Source: Balanoglossus misakiensis
Lineage: Eukaryota > Animalia > Hemichordata
DNA length: 64,000 bases
NCBI GenBank assembly: GCA_040954595.2
Contig: CM082588.2
Span: 7,422,744-7,486,743, forward strand
Reading direction: 5' to 3'
A model generated the notes under the pieces. That model saw only the letters and a program-made list of their open reading frames with translations. It was not told the origin of the DNA and made no database searches. Below, piece after piece: positions 41,201 through 56,200 of the stretch; position 1 is the stretch's first letter, and each line of letters opens with the position of its first letter. A program made the position numbers and the translations under genes.

Positions 41201-44200
41201 TTTGATAAAAACCATGGGTTATAGCCCATGAAAATGGTCCAGCAACCTCAATTTTTCGACTTCGCGAATTTTCAAAATGTGGTCATTTTTTGATAAAAAC
41301 CATGGGTTATAGCCCATGAAAATGGTCCAGAAACCTCAATTTTTCGACTTCGCGAATTTTCAAAATGTGGTCATTTTTTGATAAAAACCATGGGTTATAG
41401 CCCATGAAAATGGTCCAGCAACCTCAATTTTTCGACTTCGCGAATTTTCAAAAAGTGGTCATTTTTTGATAAAAACCATGGGTTATAGCCCATGAAAATG
41501 GTCAAGAAACCTCAATTTTTAAACTTCGCGAATTTTCAAAATGTGGTCATTTTTTGATAAAAACCATGGGTTATAGCCCATGAAAATGGTCTAGAAACCT
41601 CAATTTTTCGACTTCGCGAATTTTCAAAATGTGGTCATTTTTTGATAAAAACCATGGGTTATAGCCCATGAAAATGGTCAAGAAACCTCAATTTTTCGAC
41701 TTCGCGAATTTTCAAAATGTGGTCATTTTTTGATAAAAACCATGGGTTATAGCCCATGAAAATGGTCTAGAAACCTCAATTTTTCGACTTCGCGAATTTT
41801 CAAAATGTGGTCATTTTTTGATAAAAACCATGGGTTATAGCCCATGAAAATGGTCCAGAAACCTCAATTTTTCAACTTCGCGAATTTTCAAAATGTGGTC
41901 ATTTTTTGATAAAAACCATGGGTTATAGCCCATGAAAATGGTCCAGAAACCTCAATTTTTCGACTTAAAAATGTGGTCATTTTTTGATAAAAACCATGGG
42001 TTATAGCTCATGAAAATGGTCCAGAAACCTCAATTTTTCGACTTCGCGAATTTTCAAAATGTGGTCATTTTTTGATAAAAACCATGGGTTATAGCCCATG
42101 AAAATGGTCCAGCAACCTCAATTTTTCGACTTCGCGAATTTTCAAAATGTGGTCATTTTTTGATAAAAACCATGGGTTATAGCCCATGAAAATGGTCCAG
42201 AAACCTCAATTTTTCGACTTCGCGAATTTTCAAAATGTGGTCATTTTTTGATAAAAACCATGGGTTATAGCCCATGAAAATGGTCCAGCAACCTCAATTT
42301 TTCGACTTCGCGAATTTTCAAAAAGTGGTCATTTTTTGATAAAAACCATGGGTTATAGCCCATGAAAATGGTCAAGAAACCTCAATTTTTCAACTTCGCG
42401 AATTTTCAAAATGTGGTCATTTTTTGATAAAAACCATGGGTTATAGCCCATGAAAATGGTCTAGAAACCTCAATTTTTCGACTTCGCGAATTTTCAAAAT
42501 GTGGTCATTTTTTGATAAAAACCATGGGTTATAGCCCATGAAAATGGTCAAGAAACCTCAATTTTTCGACTTCGCGAATTTTCAAAATGTGGTCATTTTT
42601 TGATAAAAACCATGGGTTATAGCCCATGAAAATGGTCTAGAAACCTCAATTTTTCGACTTCGCGAATTTTCAAAATGTGGTCATTTTTTGATAAAAACCA
42701 TGGGTTATAGCCCATGAAAATGGTCCAGAAACCTCAATTTTTCAACTTCGCGAATTTTCAAAATGTGGTCATTTTTTGATAAAAACCATGGGTTATAGCC
42801 CATGAAAATGGTCCAGAAACCTCAATTTTTCGACTTCGCGAATTTTCAAAATGTGGTCATTTTTTGATAAAAACCATGGGTTATAGCTCATGAAAATGGT
42901 CCAGAAACCTCAATTTTTCGACATCGCGAATTTTCAAAATTTGGTCATTTTTTGATAAAAACCATGGGTTATAGCCCATGAAAATGGTCCAGAAACCTCA
43001 ATTTTTCGACTCCGCGAATTTTCAAAATGTGGTCATTTTTTGATAAAAACCATGGGTTATAGCCCATGAAAATGGTCCAGCAACCTCAATTTTTCGACTT
43101 CGCGAATTTTCAAAAAGTGGTCATTTTTTGATAAAAACCATGGGTTATAGCCCATGAAAATGGTCAAGAAACCTCAATTTTTCAACTTCGCGAATTTTCA
43201 AAATGTGGTCATTTTTTGATAAAAACCATGGGTTATAGCCCATGAAAATGGTCTAGAAACCTCAATTTTTCGACTTCGCGAATTTTCAAAATGTGGTCAT
43301 TTTTTGATAAAAACCATGGGTTATAGCCCATGAAAATGGTCAAGAAACCTCAATTTTTCGACTTCGCGAATTTTCAAAATGTGGTCATTTTTTGATAAAA
43401 ACCATGGGTTATAGCCCATGAAAATGGTCTAGAAACCTCAATTTTTCGACTTCGCGAATTTTCAAAATGTGGTCATTTTTTGATAAAAACCATGGGTTAT
43501 AGCCCATGAAAATGGTCCAGAAACCTCAATTTTTCAACTTCGCGAATTTTCAAAATGTGGTCATTTTTTGATAAAAACCATGGGTTATAGCCCATGAAAA
43601 TGGTCCAGAAACCTCAATTTTTCGACTTCGCGAATTTTCAAAATGTGGTCATTTTTTGATAAAAACCATGGGTTATAGCTCATGAAAATGGTCCAGAAAC
43701 CTCAATTTTTCGACATCGCGAATTTTCAAAATTTGGTCATTTTTTGATAAAAACCATGGGTTATAGCCCATGAAAATGGTCCAGAAACCTCAATTTTTCG
43801 ACTCCGCGAATTTTCAAAATGTGGTCATTTTTTGATAAAAACCATGGGTTATAGCCCATGAAAATGGTCCAGAAACCTCAATTTTTCAACTTCGCGAATT
43901 TTCAAAATGTGGTCATTTTTTGATAAAAACCATGGGTTATAGCCCATGAAAATGGTCTAGAAACCTCAATTTTTCGACTTCGGGAATTTTCAAAATGTGG
44001 TCATTTTTTGATAAAAACCATGGGTTATAGCCCATGAAAATGGTCCAGAAACCTCAATTTTTCAACTTCGCGAATTTTCAAAATGTGGTCATTTTTTGAT
44101 AAAAACCATGGGTTATAGCCCATGAAAATGGTCAAGAAACCTCAATTTTTCGACTTCGCGAATTTTCAAAATGTGGTCATTTTTTGATAAAAACCATGGG

Positions 44201-47200
44201 TTATAGCCCATGAAAATGGTCCAGAAACCTCAATTTTTCAACTTCGCGAATTTTCAAAATGTGGTCATTTTTTGATAAAAACCATGGGTTATAGCCCATG
44301 AAAATGGTCTAGAAACCTCAATTTTTCGACTTCGGGAATTTTCAAAATGTGGTCATTTTTTGATAAAAACCATGGGTTATAGCCCATGAAAATGGTCCAG
44401 AAACCTCAATTTTTCAACTTCGCGAATTTTCAAAATGTGGTCATTTTTTGATAAAAACCATGGGTTATAGCCCATGAAAATGGTCAAGAAACCTCAATTT
44501 TTCGACTTCGCGAATTTTCAAAATGTGGTCATTTTTTGATAAAAACCATGGGTTATAGCCCATGAAAATGGTCTAGAAACCTCAATTTTTCGACTTCGGG
44601 AATTTTCAAAATGTGGTCATTTTTTGATAAAAACCATGGGTTATAGCCCATGAAAATGGTCCAGAAACCTCAATTTTTCAACTTCGCGAATTTTCAAAAT
44701 GTGGTCATTTTTTGATAAAAACCATGGGTTATAGCCCATGAAAATGGTCCAGAAACCTCAATTTTTCAACTTCGCGAATTTTCAAAATGTGGTCATTTTT
44801 TGATAAAAACCATGGGTTATAGCCCATGAAAATGGTCCAGCAACCTCAATTTTTCGACTTCGCGAATTTTCAAAATGTGGTCATTTTTTGATAAAAACCA
44901 TGGGTTATAGCCCATGAAAATGGTCCAGAAACCTCAATTTTTCGACTCCGCGAATTTTCAAAATGTGGTCATTTTTTGATAAAAACCATGGGTTATAGCC
45001 CATGAAAATGGTCCAGAAACCTCAATTTTTCGACTCCGCGAATTTTCAAAATGTGGTCATTTCATGATAAAAACCATGGGTTATAGCCCATGAAAATGGT
45101 CCAGAAACCTCAATTTTTCGACTTCGCGAATTTTCGAAATGTGGTCATTTTTTGATAAAAACCATGGGTTATAGCCCATGAAAATGGTCCAGAAACCTCA
45201 ATTTTTCGACTTCGCGAATTTTCAAAATGTGGTCATTTTTTGATAAAAACCATGGGTTATAGCCCATGAAAATGGTCCAGAAACCTCAATTTTTCAACTT
45301 CGCGAATTTTCAAAATGTGGCCATTTCATGATAAAAACCATGGGTTATAGCCCATGAAAATGGTCCAGAAACCTCAATTTTTCAACTTCGCGAATTTTCA
45401 AAATGTGGTCATTTTTTGATAAAAACCATGGGTTATAGCCCATGAAAATGGTCTAGAAACCTCAATTTTTCGACTTCGCGAATTTTCAAAATGTGGTCAT
45501 TTTTTGATAAAAACCATGGGTTATAGCCCATGAAAATGGTCAAGAAACCTCAATTTTTCGACTTCGCGAATTTTCAAAATGTGGTCATTTTTTGATAAAA
45601 ACCATGGGTTATAGCCCATGAAAATGGTCCAGAAACCTCAATTTTTCAACTTTGCGAATTTTCAAAATGTGGTCATTTTTTGATAAAAACCATGGGTTAT
45701 AGCCCATGAAAATGGTCCAGAAACCTCAATTTTTCGACTTCGCGAATTTTCAAAATGTGGTCATTTTTTGATAAAAACCATGGGTTATAGCCCATGAAAA
45801 TGGTCCAGCAACCTCAATTTTTCGACTTCGCGAATTTTCAAAATGTGGTCATTTTTTGATAAAAACCATGGGTTATAGCCCATGAAAATGGTCCAGAAAC
45901 CTCAATTTTTCGACTCCGCGAATTTTCAAAATGTGGTCATTTCATGATAAAAACCATGGGTTATAGCCCATGAAAATGGTCCAGAAACCTCAATTTTTCG
46001 ACTTCGCGAATTTTCAAAATGTGGTCATTTTTTGATAAAAACCATGGGTTATAGCCCATGAAAATGGTCCAGAAACCTCAATTTTTCGACTTCGCGAATT
46101 TTCAAAATGTGGTCATTTTTTGATAAAAACCATGGGTTATAGCCCATGAAAATGGTCCAGAAACCTCAATTTTTCGACTTCGCGAATTTTCAAAATGTGG
46201 TCATTTTTTGATAAAAACCATGGGTTATAGCCCATGAAAATGGTCCAGAAACCTCAATTTTTCGACTTCGCGAATTTTCAAAATGTGGTCATTTTTTGAT
46301 AAAAACCATGGGTTATAGCCCATGAAAATGGTCCAGAAACCTCAATTTTTCGACTTCAAAATGTGGTCATTTTTTGATAAAAACCATGGGTTATAGCTCA
46401 TGAAAATGGTCCAGAAACCTCAATTTTTCGACTTCGGGAATTTTCAAAATGTGGTCATTTTTTGATAAAAACCATGGGTTATAGCCCATGAAAATGGTCC
46501 AGAAACCTCAATTTTTCAACTTCGCGAATTTTCAAAATGTGGTCATTTTTTGATAAAAACCATGGGTTATAGCCCATGAAAATGGTCAAGAAACCTCAAT
46601 TTTTCGACTTCGCGAATTTTCAAAATGTGGTCATTTTTTGATAAAAACCATGGGTTATAGCCCATGAAAATGGTCTAGAAACCTCAATTTTTCGACTTCG
46701 GGAATTTTCAAAATGTGGTCATTTTTTGATAAAAACCATGGGTTATAGCCCATGAAAATGGTCCAGAAACCTCAATTTTTCAACTTCGCGAATTTTCAAA
46801 ATGTGGTCATTTTTTGATAAAAACCATGGGTTATAGCCCATGAAAATGGTCCAGAAACCTCAATTTTTCAACTTCGCGAATTTTCAAAATGTGGTCATTT
46901 TTTGATAAAAACCATGGGTTATAGCCCATGAAAATGGTCCAGCAACCTCAATTTTTCGACTTCGCGAATTTTCAAAATGTGGTCATTTTTTGATAAAAAC
47001 CATGGGTTATAGCCCATGAAAATGGTCCAGAAACCTCAATTTTTCGACTCCGCGAATTTTCAAAATGTGGTCATTTTTTGATAAAAACCATGGGTTATAG
47101 CCCATGAAAATGGTCCAGAAACCTCAATTTTTCGACTTCGCGAATTTTCGAAATGTGGTCATTTTTTGATAAAAACCATGGGTTATAGCCCATGAAAATG

Positions 47201-50200
47201 GTCCAGAAACCTCAATTTTTCGACTTCGCGAATTTTCAAAATGTGGTCATTTTTTGATAAAAACCATGGGTTATAGCCCATGAAAATGGTCCAGAAACCT
47301 AAATTTTTCAACTTCGCGAATTTTCAAAATGTGGCCTTTTCATGATAAAAACCATGGGTTATAGCCCATGAAAATGGTCCAGAAACCTCAATTTTTCAAC
47401 TTCGCGAATTTTCAAAATGTGGTCATTTTTTGATAAAAACCATGGGTTATAGCCCATGAAAATGGTCTAGAAACCTCAATTTTTCGACTTCGCGAATTTT
47501 CAAAATGTGGTCATTTTTTGATAAAAACCATGGGTTATAGCCCATGAAAATGGTCAAGAAACCTCAATTTTTCGACTTCGCGAATTTTCAAAATGTGGTC
47601 ATTTTTTGATAAAAACCATGGGTTATAGCCCATGAAAATGGTCCAGAAACCTCAATTTTTCAACTTTGCGAATTTTCAAAATGTGGTCATTTTTTGATAA
47701 AAACCATGGGTTATAGCCCATGAAAATGGTCCAGAAACCTCAATTTTTCGACTTCGCGAATTTTCAAAATGTGGTCATTTTTTGATAAAAACCATGGGTT
47801 ATAGCCCATGAAAATGGTCTAGAAACCTCAATTTTTCGACTTCGCGAATTTTCAAAATGTGGTCATTTTTTGATAAAAACCATGGGTTATAGCCCATGAA
47901 AATGGTCAAGAAACCTCAATTTTTCGACTTCGCGAATTTTCAAAATGTGGTCATTTTTTGATAAAAACCATGGGTTATAGCCCATGAAAATGGTCCAGAA
48001 ACCTCAATTTTTCAACTTTGCGAATTTTCAAAATGTGGTCATTTTTTGATAAAAACCATGGGTTATAGCCCATGAAAATGGTCCAGAAACCTCAATTTTT
48101 CGACTTCGCGAATTTTCAAAATGTGGTCATTTTTTGATAAAAACCATGGGTTATAGCCCATGAAAATGGTCCAGCAACCTCAATTTTTCGACTTCGCGAA
48201 TTTTCAAAATGTGGTCATTTTTTGATAAAAACCATGGGTTATAGCCCATGAAAATGGTCCAGAAACCTCAATTTTTCGACTCCGCGAATTTTCAAAATGT
48301 GGTCATTTCATGATAAAAACCATGGGTTATAGCCCATGAAAATGGTCCAGAAACCTCAATTTTTCGACTTCGCGAATTTTCAAAATGTGGTCATTTTTTG
48401 ATAAAAACCATGGGTTATAGCCCATGAAAATGGTCCAGAAACCTCAATTTTTCGACTTCGCGAATTTTCAAAATGTGGTCATTTTTTGATAAAAACCATG
48501 GGTTATAGCCCATGAAAATGGTCCAGAAACCTCAATTTTTCGACTTCGCGAATTTTCAAAATGTGGTCATTTTTTGATAAAAACCATGGGTTATAGCCCA
48601 TGAAAATGGTCCAGAAACCTCAATTTTTCGACTTCGCGAATTTTCAAAATGTGGTCATTTTTTGATAAAAACCATGGGTTATAGCCCATGAAAATGGTCC
48701 AGAAACCTCAATTTTTCGACTTCAAAATGTGGTCATTTTTTGATAAAAACCATGGGTTATAGCTCATGAAAATGGTCCAGAAACCTCAATTTTTCGACTT
48801 CGGGAATTTTCAAAATGTGGTCATTTTTTGATAAAAACCATGGGTTATAGCCCATGAAAATGGTCCAGAAACCTCAATTTTTCAACTTCGCGAATTTTCA
48901 AAATGTGGTCATTTTTTGATAAAAACCATGGGTTATAGCCCATGAAAATGGTCAAGAAACCTCAATTTTTCGACTTCGCGAATTTTCAAAATGTGGTCAT
49001 TTTTTGATAAAAACCATGGGTTATAGCCCATGAAAATGGTCTAGAAACCTCAATTTTTCGACTTCGGGAATTTTCAAAATGTGGTCATTTTTTGATAAAA
49101 ACCATGGGTTATAGCCCATGAAAATGGTCCAGAAACCTCAATTTTTCAACTTCGCGAATTTTCAAAATGTGGTCATTTTTTGATAAAAACCATGGGTTAT
49201 AGCCCATGAAAATGGTCCAGAAACCTCAATTTTTCAACTTCGCGAATTTTCAAAATGTGGTCATTTTTTGATAAAAACCATGGGTTATAGCCCATGAAAA
49301 TGGTCCAGCAACCTCAATTTTTCGACTTCGCGAATTTTCAAAATGTGGTCATTTTTTGATAAAAACCATGGGTTATAGCCCATGAAAATGGTCCAGAAAC
49401 CTCAATTTTTCGACTCCGCGAATTTTCAAAATGTGGTCATTTTTTGATAAAAACCATGGGTTATAGCCCATGAAAATGGTCCAGAAACCTCAATTTTTCG
49501 ACTTCGCGAATTTTCGAAATGTGGTCATTTTTTGATAAAAACCATGGGTTATAGCCCATGAAAATGGTCCAGAAACCTCAATTTTTCGACTTCGCGAATT
49601 TTCAAAATGTGGTCATTTTTTGATAAAAACCATGGGTTATAGCCCATGAAAATGGTCCAGAAACCTCAATTTTTCAACTTCGCGAATTTTCAAAATGTGG
49701 CCTTTTCATGATAAAAACCATGGGTTATAGCCCATGAAAATGGTCCAGAAACCTCAATTTTTCAACTTCGCGAATTTTCAAAATGTGGTCATTTTTTGAT
49801 AAAAACCATGGGTTATAGCCCATGAAAATGGTCTAGAAACCTCAATTTTTCGACTTCGCGAATTTTCAAAATGTGGTCATTTTTTGATAAAAACCATGGG
49901 TTATAGCCCATGAAAATGGTCAAGAAACCTCAATTTTTCGACTTCGCGAATTTTCAAAATGTGGTCATTTTTTGATAAAAACCATGGGTTATAGCCCATG
50001 AAAATGGTCCAGAAACCTCAATTTTTCAACTTTGCGAATTTTCAAAATGTGGTCATTTTTTGATAAAAACCATGGGTTATAGCCCATGAAAATGGTCCAG
50101 AAACCTCAATTTTTCGACTTCGCGAATTTTCAAAATGTGGTCATTTTTTGATAAAAACCATGGGTTATAGCCCATGAAAATGGTCCAGCAACCTCAATTT

Positions 50201-53200
50201 TTCGACTTCGCGAATTTTCAAAATGTGGTCATTTTTTGATAAAAACCATGGGTTATAGCCCATGAAAATGGTCCAGAAACCTCAATTTTTCGACTCCGCG
50301 AATTTTCAAAATGTGGTCATTTCATGATAAAAACCATGGGTTATAGCCCATGAAAATGGTCTAGAAACCTCAATTTTTCGACTTCGCGAATTTTCAAAAT
50401 GTGGTCATTTTTTGATAAAAACCATGGGTTATAGCCCATGAAAATGGTCCAGAAACCTCAATTTTTCGACTTCGCGAATTTTCAAAATGTGGTCATTTTT
50501 AGATAAAAACCATGGGTTATAGCCCATGAAAATGGTCCAGAAACCTCAATTTTTCGACTTCGCGAATTTTCAAAATGTGGTCATTTTTTGATAAAAACCA
50601 TGGGTTATAGCCCATGAAAATGGTCCAGAAACCTCAATTTTTCGACTTCGCGAATTTTCAAAATGTGGTCATTTTTTGATAAAAACCATGGGTTATAGCC
50701 CATGAAAATGGTCCAGAAACCTCAATTTTTCGACTTCGCGAATTTTCAAAATGTGGTCATTTTTTGATAAAAACCATGGGTTATAGCCCATGAAAATGGT
50801 CCAGAAACCTCAATTTTTCGACTTAAAAATGTGGTCATTTTTTGATAAAAACCATGGGTTATAGCTCATGAAAATGGTCCAGAAACCTCAATTTTTCGAC
50901 TTCGCGAATTTTCAAAATGTGGTCATTTTTTGATAAAAACCATGGGTTATAGCCCATGAAAATGGTCCAGCAACCTCAATTTTTCGACTTCGCGAATTTT
51001 CAAAATGTGGTCATTTTTTGATAAAAACCATGGGTTATAGCCCATGAAAATGGTCCAGAAACCTCAATTTTTCGACTTCGCGAATTTTCAAAATGTGGTC
51101 ATTTTTTGATAAAAACCATGGGTTATAGCCCATGAAAATGGTCCAGCAACCTCAATTTTTCGACTTCGCGAATTTTCAAAAAGTGGTCATTTTTTGATAA
51201 AAACCATGGGTTATAGCCCATGAAAATGGTCAAGAAACCTCAATTTTTAAACTTCGCGAATTTTCAAAATGTGGTCATTTTTTGATAAAAACCATGGGTT
51301 ATAGCCCATGAAAATGGTCTAGAAACCTCAATTTTTCGACTTCGCGAATTTTCAAAATGTGGTCATTTTTTGATAAAAACCATGGGTTATAGCCCATGAA
51401 AATGGTCAAGAAACCTCAATTTTTCGACTTCGCGAATTTTCAAAATGTGGTCATTTTTTGATAAAAACCATGGGTTATAGCCCATGAAAATGGTCTAGAA
51501 ACCTCAATTTTTCGACTTCGCGAATTTTCAAAATGTGGTCATTTTTTGATAAAAACCATGGGTTATAGCCCATGAAAATGGTCCAGAAACCTCAATTTTT
51601 CAACTTCGCGAATTTTCAAAATGTGGTCATTTTTTGATAAAAACCATGGGTTATAGCCCATGAAAATGGTCCAGAAACCTCAATTTTTCGACTTAAAAAT
51701 GTGGTCATTTTTTGATAAAAACCATGGGTTATAGCTCATGAAAATGGTCCAGAAACCTCAATTTTTCGACTTCGCGAATTTTCAAAATGTGGTCATTTTT
51801 TGATAAAAACCATGGGTTATAGCCCATGAAAATGGTCCAGCAACCTCAATTTTTCGACTTCGCGAATTTTCAAAATGTGGTCATTTTTTGATAAAAACCA
51901 TGGGTTATAGCCCATGAAAATGGTCCAGAAACCTCAATTTTTCGACTTCGCGAATTTTCAAAATGTGGTCATTTTTTGATAAAAACCATGGGTTATAGCC
52001 CATGAAAATGGTCCAGCAACCTCAATTTTTCGACTTCGCGAATTTTCAAAAAGTGGTCATTTTTTGATAAAAACCATGGGTTATAGCCCATGAAAATGGT
52101 CAAGAAACCTCAATTTTTCAACTTCGCGAATTTTCAAAATGTGGTCATTTTTTGATAAAAACCATGGGTTATAGCCCATGAAAATGGTCTAGAAACCTCA
52201 ATTTTTCGACTTCGCGAATTTTCAAAATGTGGTCATTTTTTGATAAAAACCATGGGTTATAGCCCATGAAAATGGTCAAGAAACCTCAATTTTTCGACTT
52301 CGCGAATTTTCAAAATGTGGTCATTTTTTGATAAAAACCATGGGTTATAGCCCATGAAAATGGTCTAGAAACCTCAATTTTTCGACTTCGCGAATTTTCA
52401 AAATGTGGTCATTTTTTGATAAAAACCATGGGTTATAGCCCATGAAAATGGTCCAGAAACCTCAATTTTTCAACTTCGCGAATTTTCAAAATGTGGTCAT
52501 TTTTTGATAAAAACCATGGGTTATAGCCCATGAAAATGGTCCAGAAACCTCAATTTTTCGACTTCGCGAATTTTCAAAATGTGGTCATTTTTTGATAAAA
52601 ACCATGGGTTATAGCTCATGAAAATGGTCCAGAAACCTCAATTTTTCGACATCGCGAATTTTCAAAATTTGGTCATTTTTTGATAAAAACCATGGGTTAT
52701 AGCCCATGAAAATGGTCCAGAAACCTCAATTTTTCGACTCCGCGAATTTTCAAAATGTGGTCATTTTTTGATAAAAACCATGGGTTATAGCCCATGAAAA
52801 TGGTCCAGAAACCTAAATTTTTCGACATCGCGAATTTTCAAAATGTGGTCATTTTTTGATAAAAACCATGGGTTATAGCCCATGAAAATGGTCCAGAAAC
52901 CTCAATTTTTCGACTCCGCGAATTTTCAAAATGTGGTCATTTTTTGATAAAAACCATGGGTTATAGCCCATGAAAATGGTCTAGAAACCTCAATTTTTCG
53001 ACTTCGGGAATTTTCAAAATGTGGTCATTTTTTGATAAAAACCATGGGTTATAGCCCATGAAAATGGTCCAGAAACCTCAATTTTTCAACTTCGCGAATT
53101 TTCAAAATGTGGTCATTTTTTGATAAAAACCATGGGTTATAGCCCATGAAAATGGTCAAGAAACCTCAATTTTTCGACTTCGCGAATTTTCAAAATGTGG

Positions 53201-56200
53201 TCATTTTTTGATAAAAACCATGGGTTATAGCCCATGAAAATGGTCCAGCAACCTCAATTTTTCGACTTCGCGAATTTTCAAAATGTGGTCATTTTTTGAT
53301 AAAAACCATGGGTTATAGCTCATGAAAATGGTCCAGAAACCTCAATTTTTCGACTTCGCGAATTTTCCAAATTTGGTCATTTTTTGATAAAAACCATGGG
53401 TTATAGCCCATGAAAATGGTCAAGAAACCTCAATTTTTCGACTTCAAAATGTGGTCATTTTTTGATAAAAACCATGGGTTATAGCTCATGAAAATGGTCC
53501 AGAAACCTCAATTTTTCGACTTCGCGAATTTTCAAAATGTGGTCATTTTTTGATAAAAACCATGGGTTATAGCCCATGAAAATGGTCCAGCAACCTCAAT
53601 TTTTCGACTTCGCGAATTTTCAAAATGTGGTCATTTTTTGATAAAAACCATGGGTTATAGCCCATGAAAATGGTCCAGAAACCTCAATTTTTCGACTTCG
53701 CGAATTTTCAAAATGTGGTCATTTTTTGATAAAAACCATGGGTTATAGCTCATGAAAATGGTCCAGAAACCTCAATTTTTCGTCTTCGCGAATTTTCAAA
53801 ATGTGGTCATTTTTTGATAAAAACCATGGGTTATAGCTCATGAAAATGGTCCAGAAACCTCAATTTTTCGTCTTCGCGAATTTTCAAAATGTGGTCATTT
53901 TTTGATAAAAACCATGGGTTATAGCTCATGAAAATGGTCCAGAAACCTCAATTTTTCGACTTCGCGAATTTTCAAAATGTGGTCTTTTTTTGATAAAAAC
54001 CATGGGTTATAGCTCATGAAAATGGTCCAGAAACCTCAATTTTTCGACTTCGCGAATTTTCAAAATGTGGTCATTTTTTGATAAAAACCATGGGTTATAG
54101 CCCATGAAAATGGTCCAGAAACCTCAATTTTTCGACTTCGCGAATTTTCAAAATGTGGTCATTTTTTGATAAAAACCATGGGTTATAGCTCATGAAAATG
54201 GTCCAGAAACCTCAATTTTTCGACTTCGCGAATTTTCAAAATGTGGTCATTTTTTGATAAAAACCATGGGTTATAGCTCATGAAAATGGTCCAGAAACCT
54301 CAATTTTTCGACATCGCGAATTTTCAAAATGTGGTCATTTTTTGATAAAAACCATGGGTTATAGCTCATGAAAATGGTCCAGAAACCTCAATTTTTCAAC
54401 TTCGCGAATTTTCAAAATGTGGTCATTTTTTGATAAAAACCATGGGTTATAGCCCATGAAAATGGTCCAGAAACCTCAATTTTTCGACTTCGCGAATTTT
54501 CAAAATGTGGTCATTTTTTGATAAAAACCATGGGTTATAGCCCATGAAAATGGTCCAGAAACCTCAATTTTTCGACTTCGCGAATTTTCAAAATGTGGTC
54601 ATTTTTTGATAAAAACCATGGGTTATAGCCCATGAAAATGGTCCAGAAACCTCAATTTTTCGACTTCGCGAATTTTCAAAATGTGGTCATTTTTTGATAA
54701 AAACCATGGGTTATAGCCCATGAAAATGGTCCAGAAACCTCAATTTTTCGACTTCGCGAATTTTCAAAATGTGGTCATTTTTTGATAAAAACCATGGGTT
54801 ATAGCCCATGAAAATGGTCCAGAAACCTCAATTTTTCGACATCGCGAATTTTCAAAATGTGGTCATTTTTTGATAAAAACCATGGGTTATAGCTCATGAA
54901 AATGGTCCAGAAACCTCAATTTTTCAACTTCGCGAATTTTCAAAATGTGGTCATTTTTTGATAAAAACCATGGGTTATAGCCCATGAAAATGGTCCAGAA
55001 ACCTCAATTTTTCGACTTCGCGAATTTTCAAAATGTGGTCATTTTTTGATAAAAACCATGGGTTATAGCCCATGAAAATGGTCCAGAAACCTCAATTTTT
55101 CGACTTCGCGAATTTTCAAAATGTGGTCATTTTTTGATAAAAACCATGGGTTATAGCCCATGAAAATGGTCCAGAAACCTCAATTTTTCGACTTCGCGAA
55201 TTTTCAAAATGTGGTCATTTTTTGATAAAAACCATGGGTTATAGCCCATGAAAATGGTCCAGAAACCTCAATTTTTCGACTTCGCGAATTTTCAAAATGT
55301 GGTCATTTTTTGATAAAAACCATGGGTTATAGCCCATGAAAATGGTCCAGAAACCTCAATTTTTCGACTTCGCGAATTTTCAAAATGTGGTCATTTTTTG
55401 ATAAAAACCATGGGTTATAGCCCATGAAAATGGTCCAGAAACCTCAATTTTTCGACTTCGCGAATTTTCAAAATGTGGTCATTTTTTGATAAAAACCATG
55501 GGTTATAGCCCATGAAAATGGTCCAGAAACCTCAATTTTTCGACTTCGCGAATTTTCAAAATGTGGTCATTTTTTGATAAAAACCATGGGTTATAGCTCA
55601 TGAAAATGGTCCAGAAACCTCAATTTTTCGACTTCGCGAATTTTCAAAATGTGGTCATTTTTTGATAAAAACCATGGGTTATAGCTCATGAAAATGGTCC
55701 AGAAACCTCAATTTTTCGACTTCGCGAATTTTCGAAATGTGGTAATTTTTTGATAAAAACCATGGGTTATAGCTCATGAAAATGGTCCAGAAACCTCAAT
55801 TTTTCGACTTCGCGAATTTTCAAAATGTGGTCATTTTTTGATAAAAACCATGGGTTATAGCCCATGAAAATGGTCCAGCAACCTCAATTTTTCGACTTCG
55901 CGAATTTTCAAAATGTGGTCATTTTTTGATAAAAACCATGGGTTATAGCTCATGAAAATGGTCCAGAAACCTCAATTTTTCGACTCCGCGAATTTTCAAA
56001 ATGTGGTCATTTCATGATAAAAACCATGGGTTATAGCCCATGAAAATGGTCCAGAAACCTCAATTTTTCGACTTCGCGAATTTTCAAAATTTGGTCATTT
56101 TTTGATAAAAACCATGGGTTATAGCCCATGAAAATGGTCCAGAAACCTCAATTTTTCGACTTCGCGAATTTTCAAAATTTGGTCATTTTTTGATAAAAAC

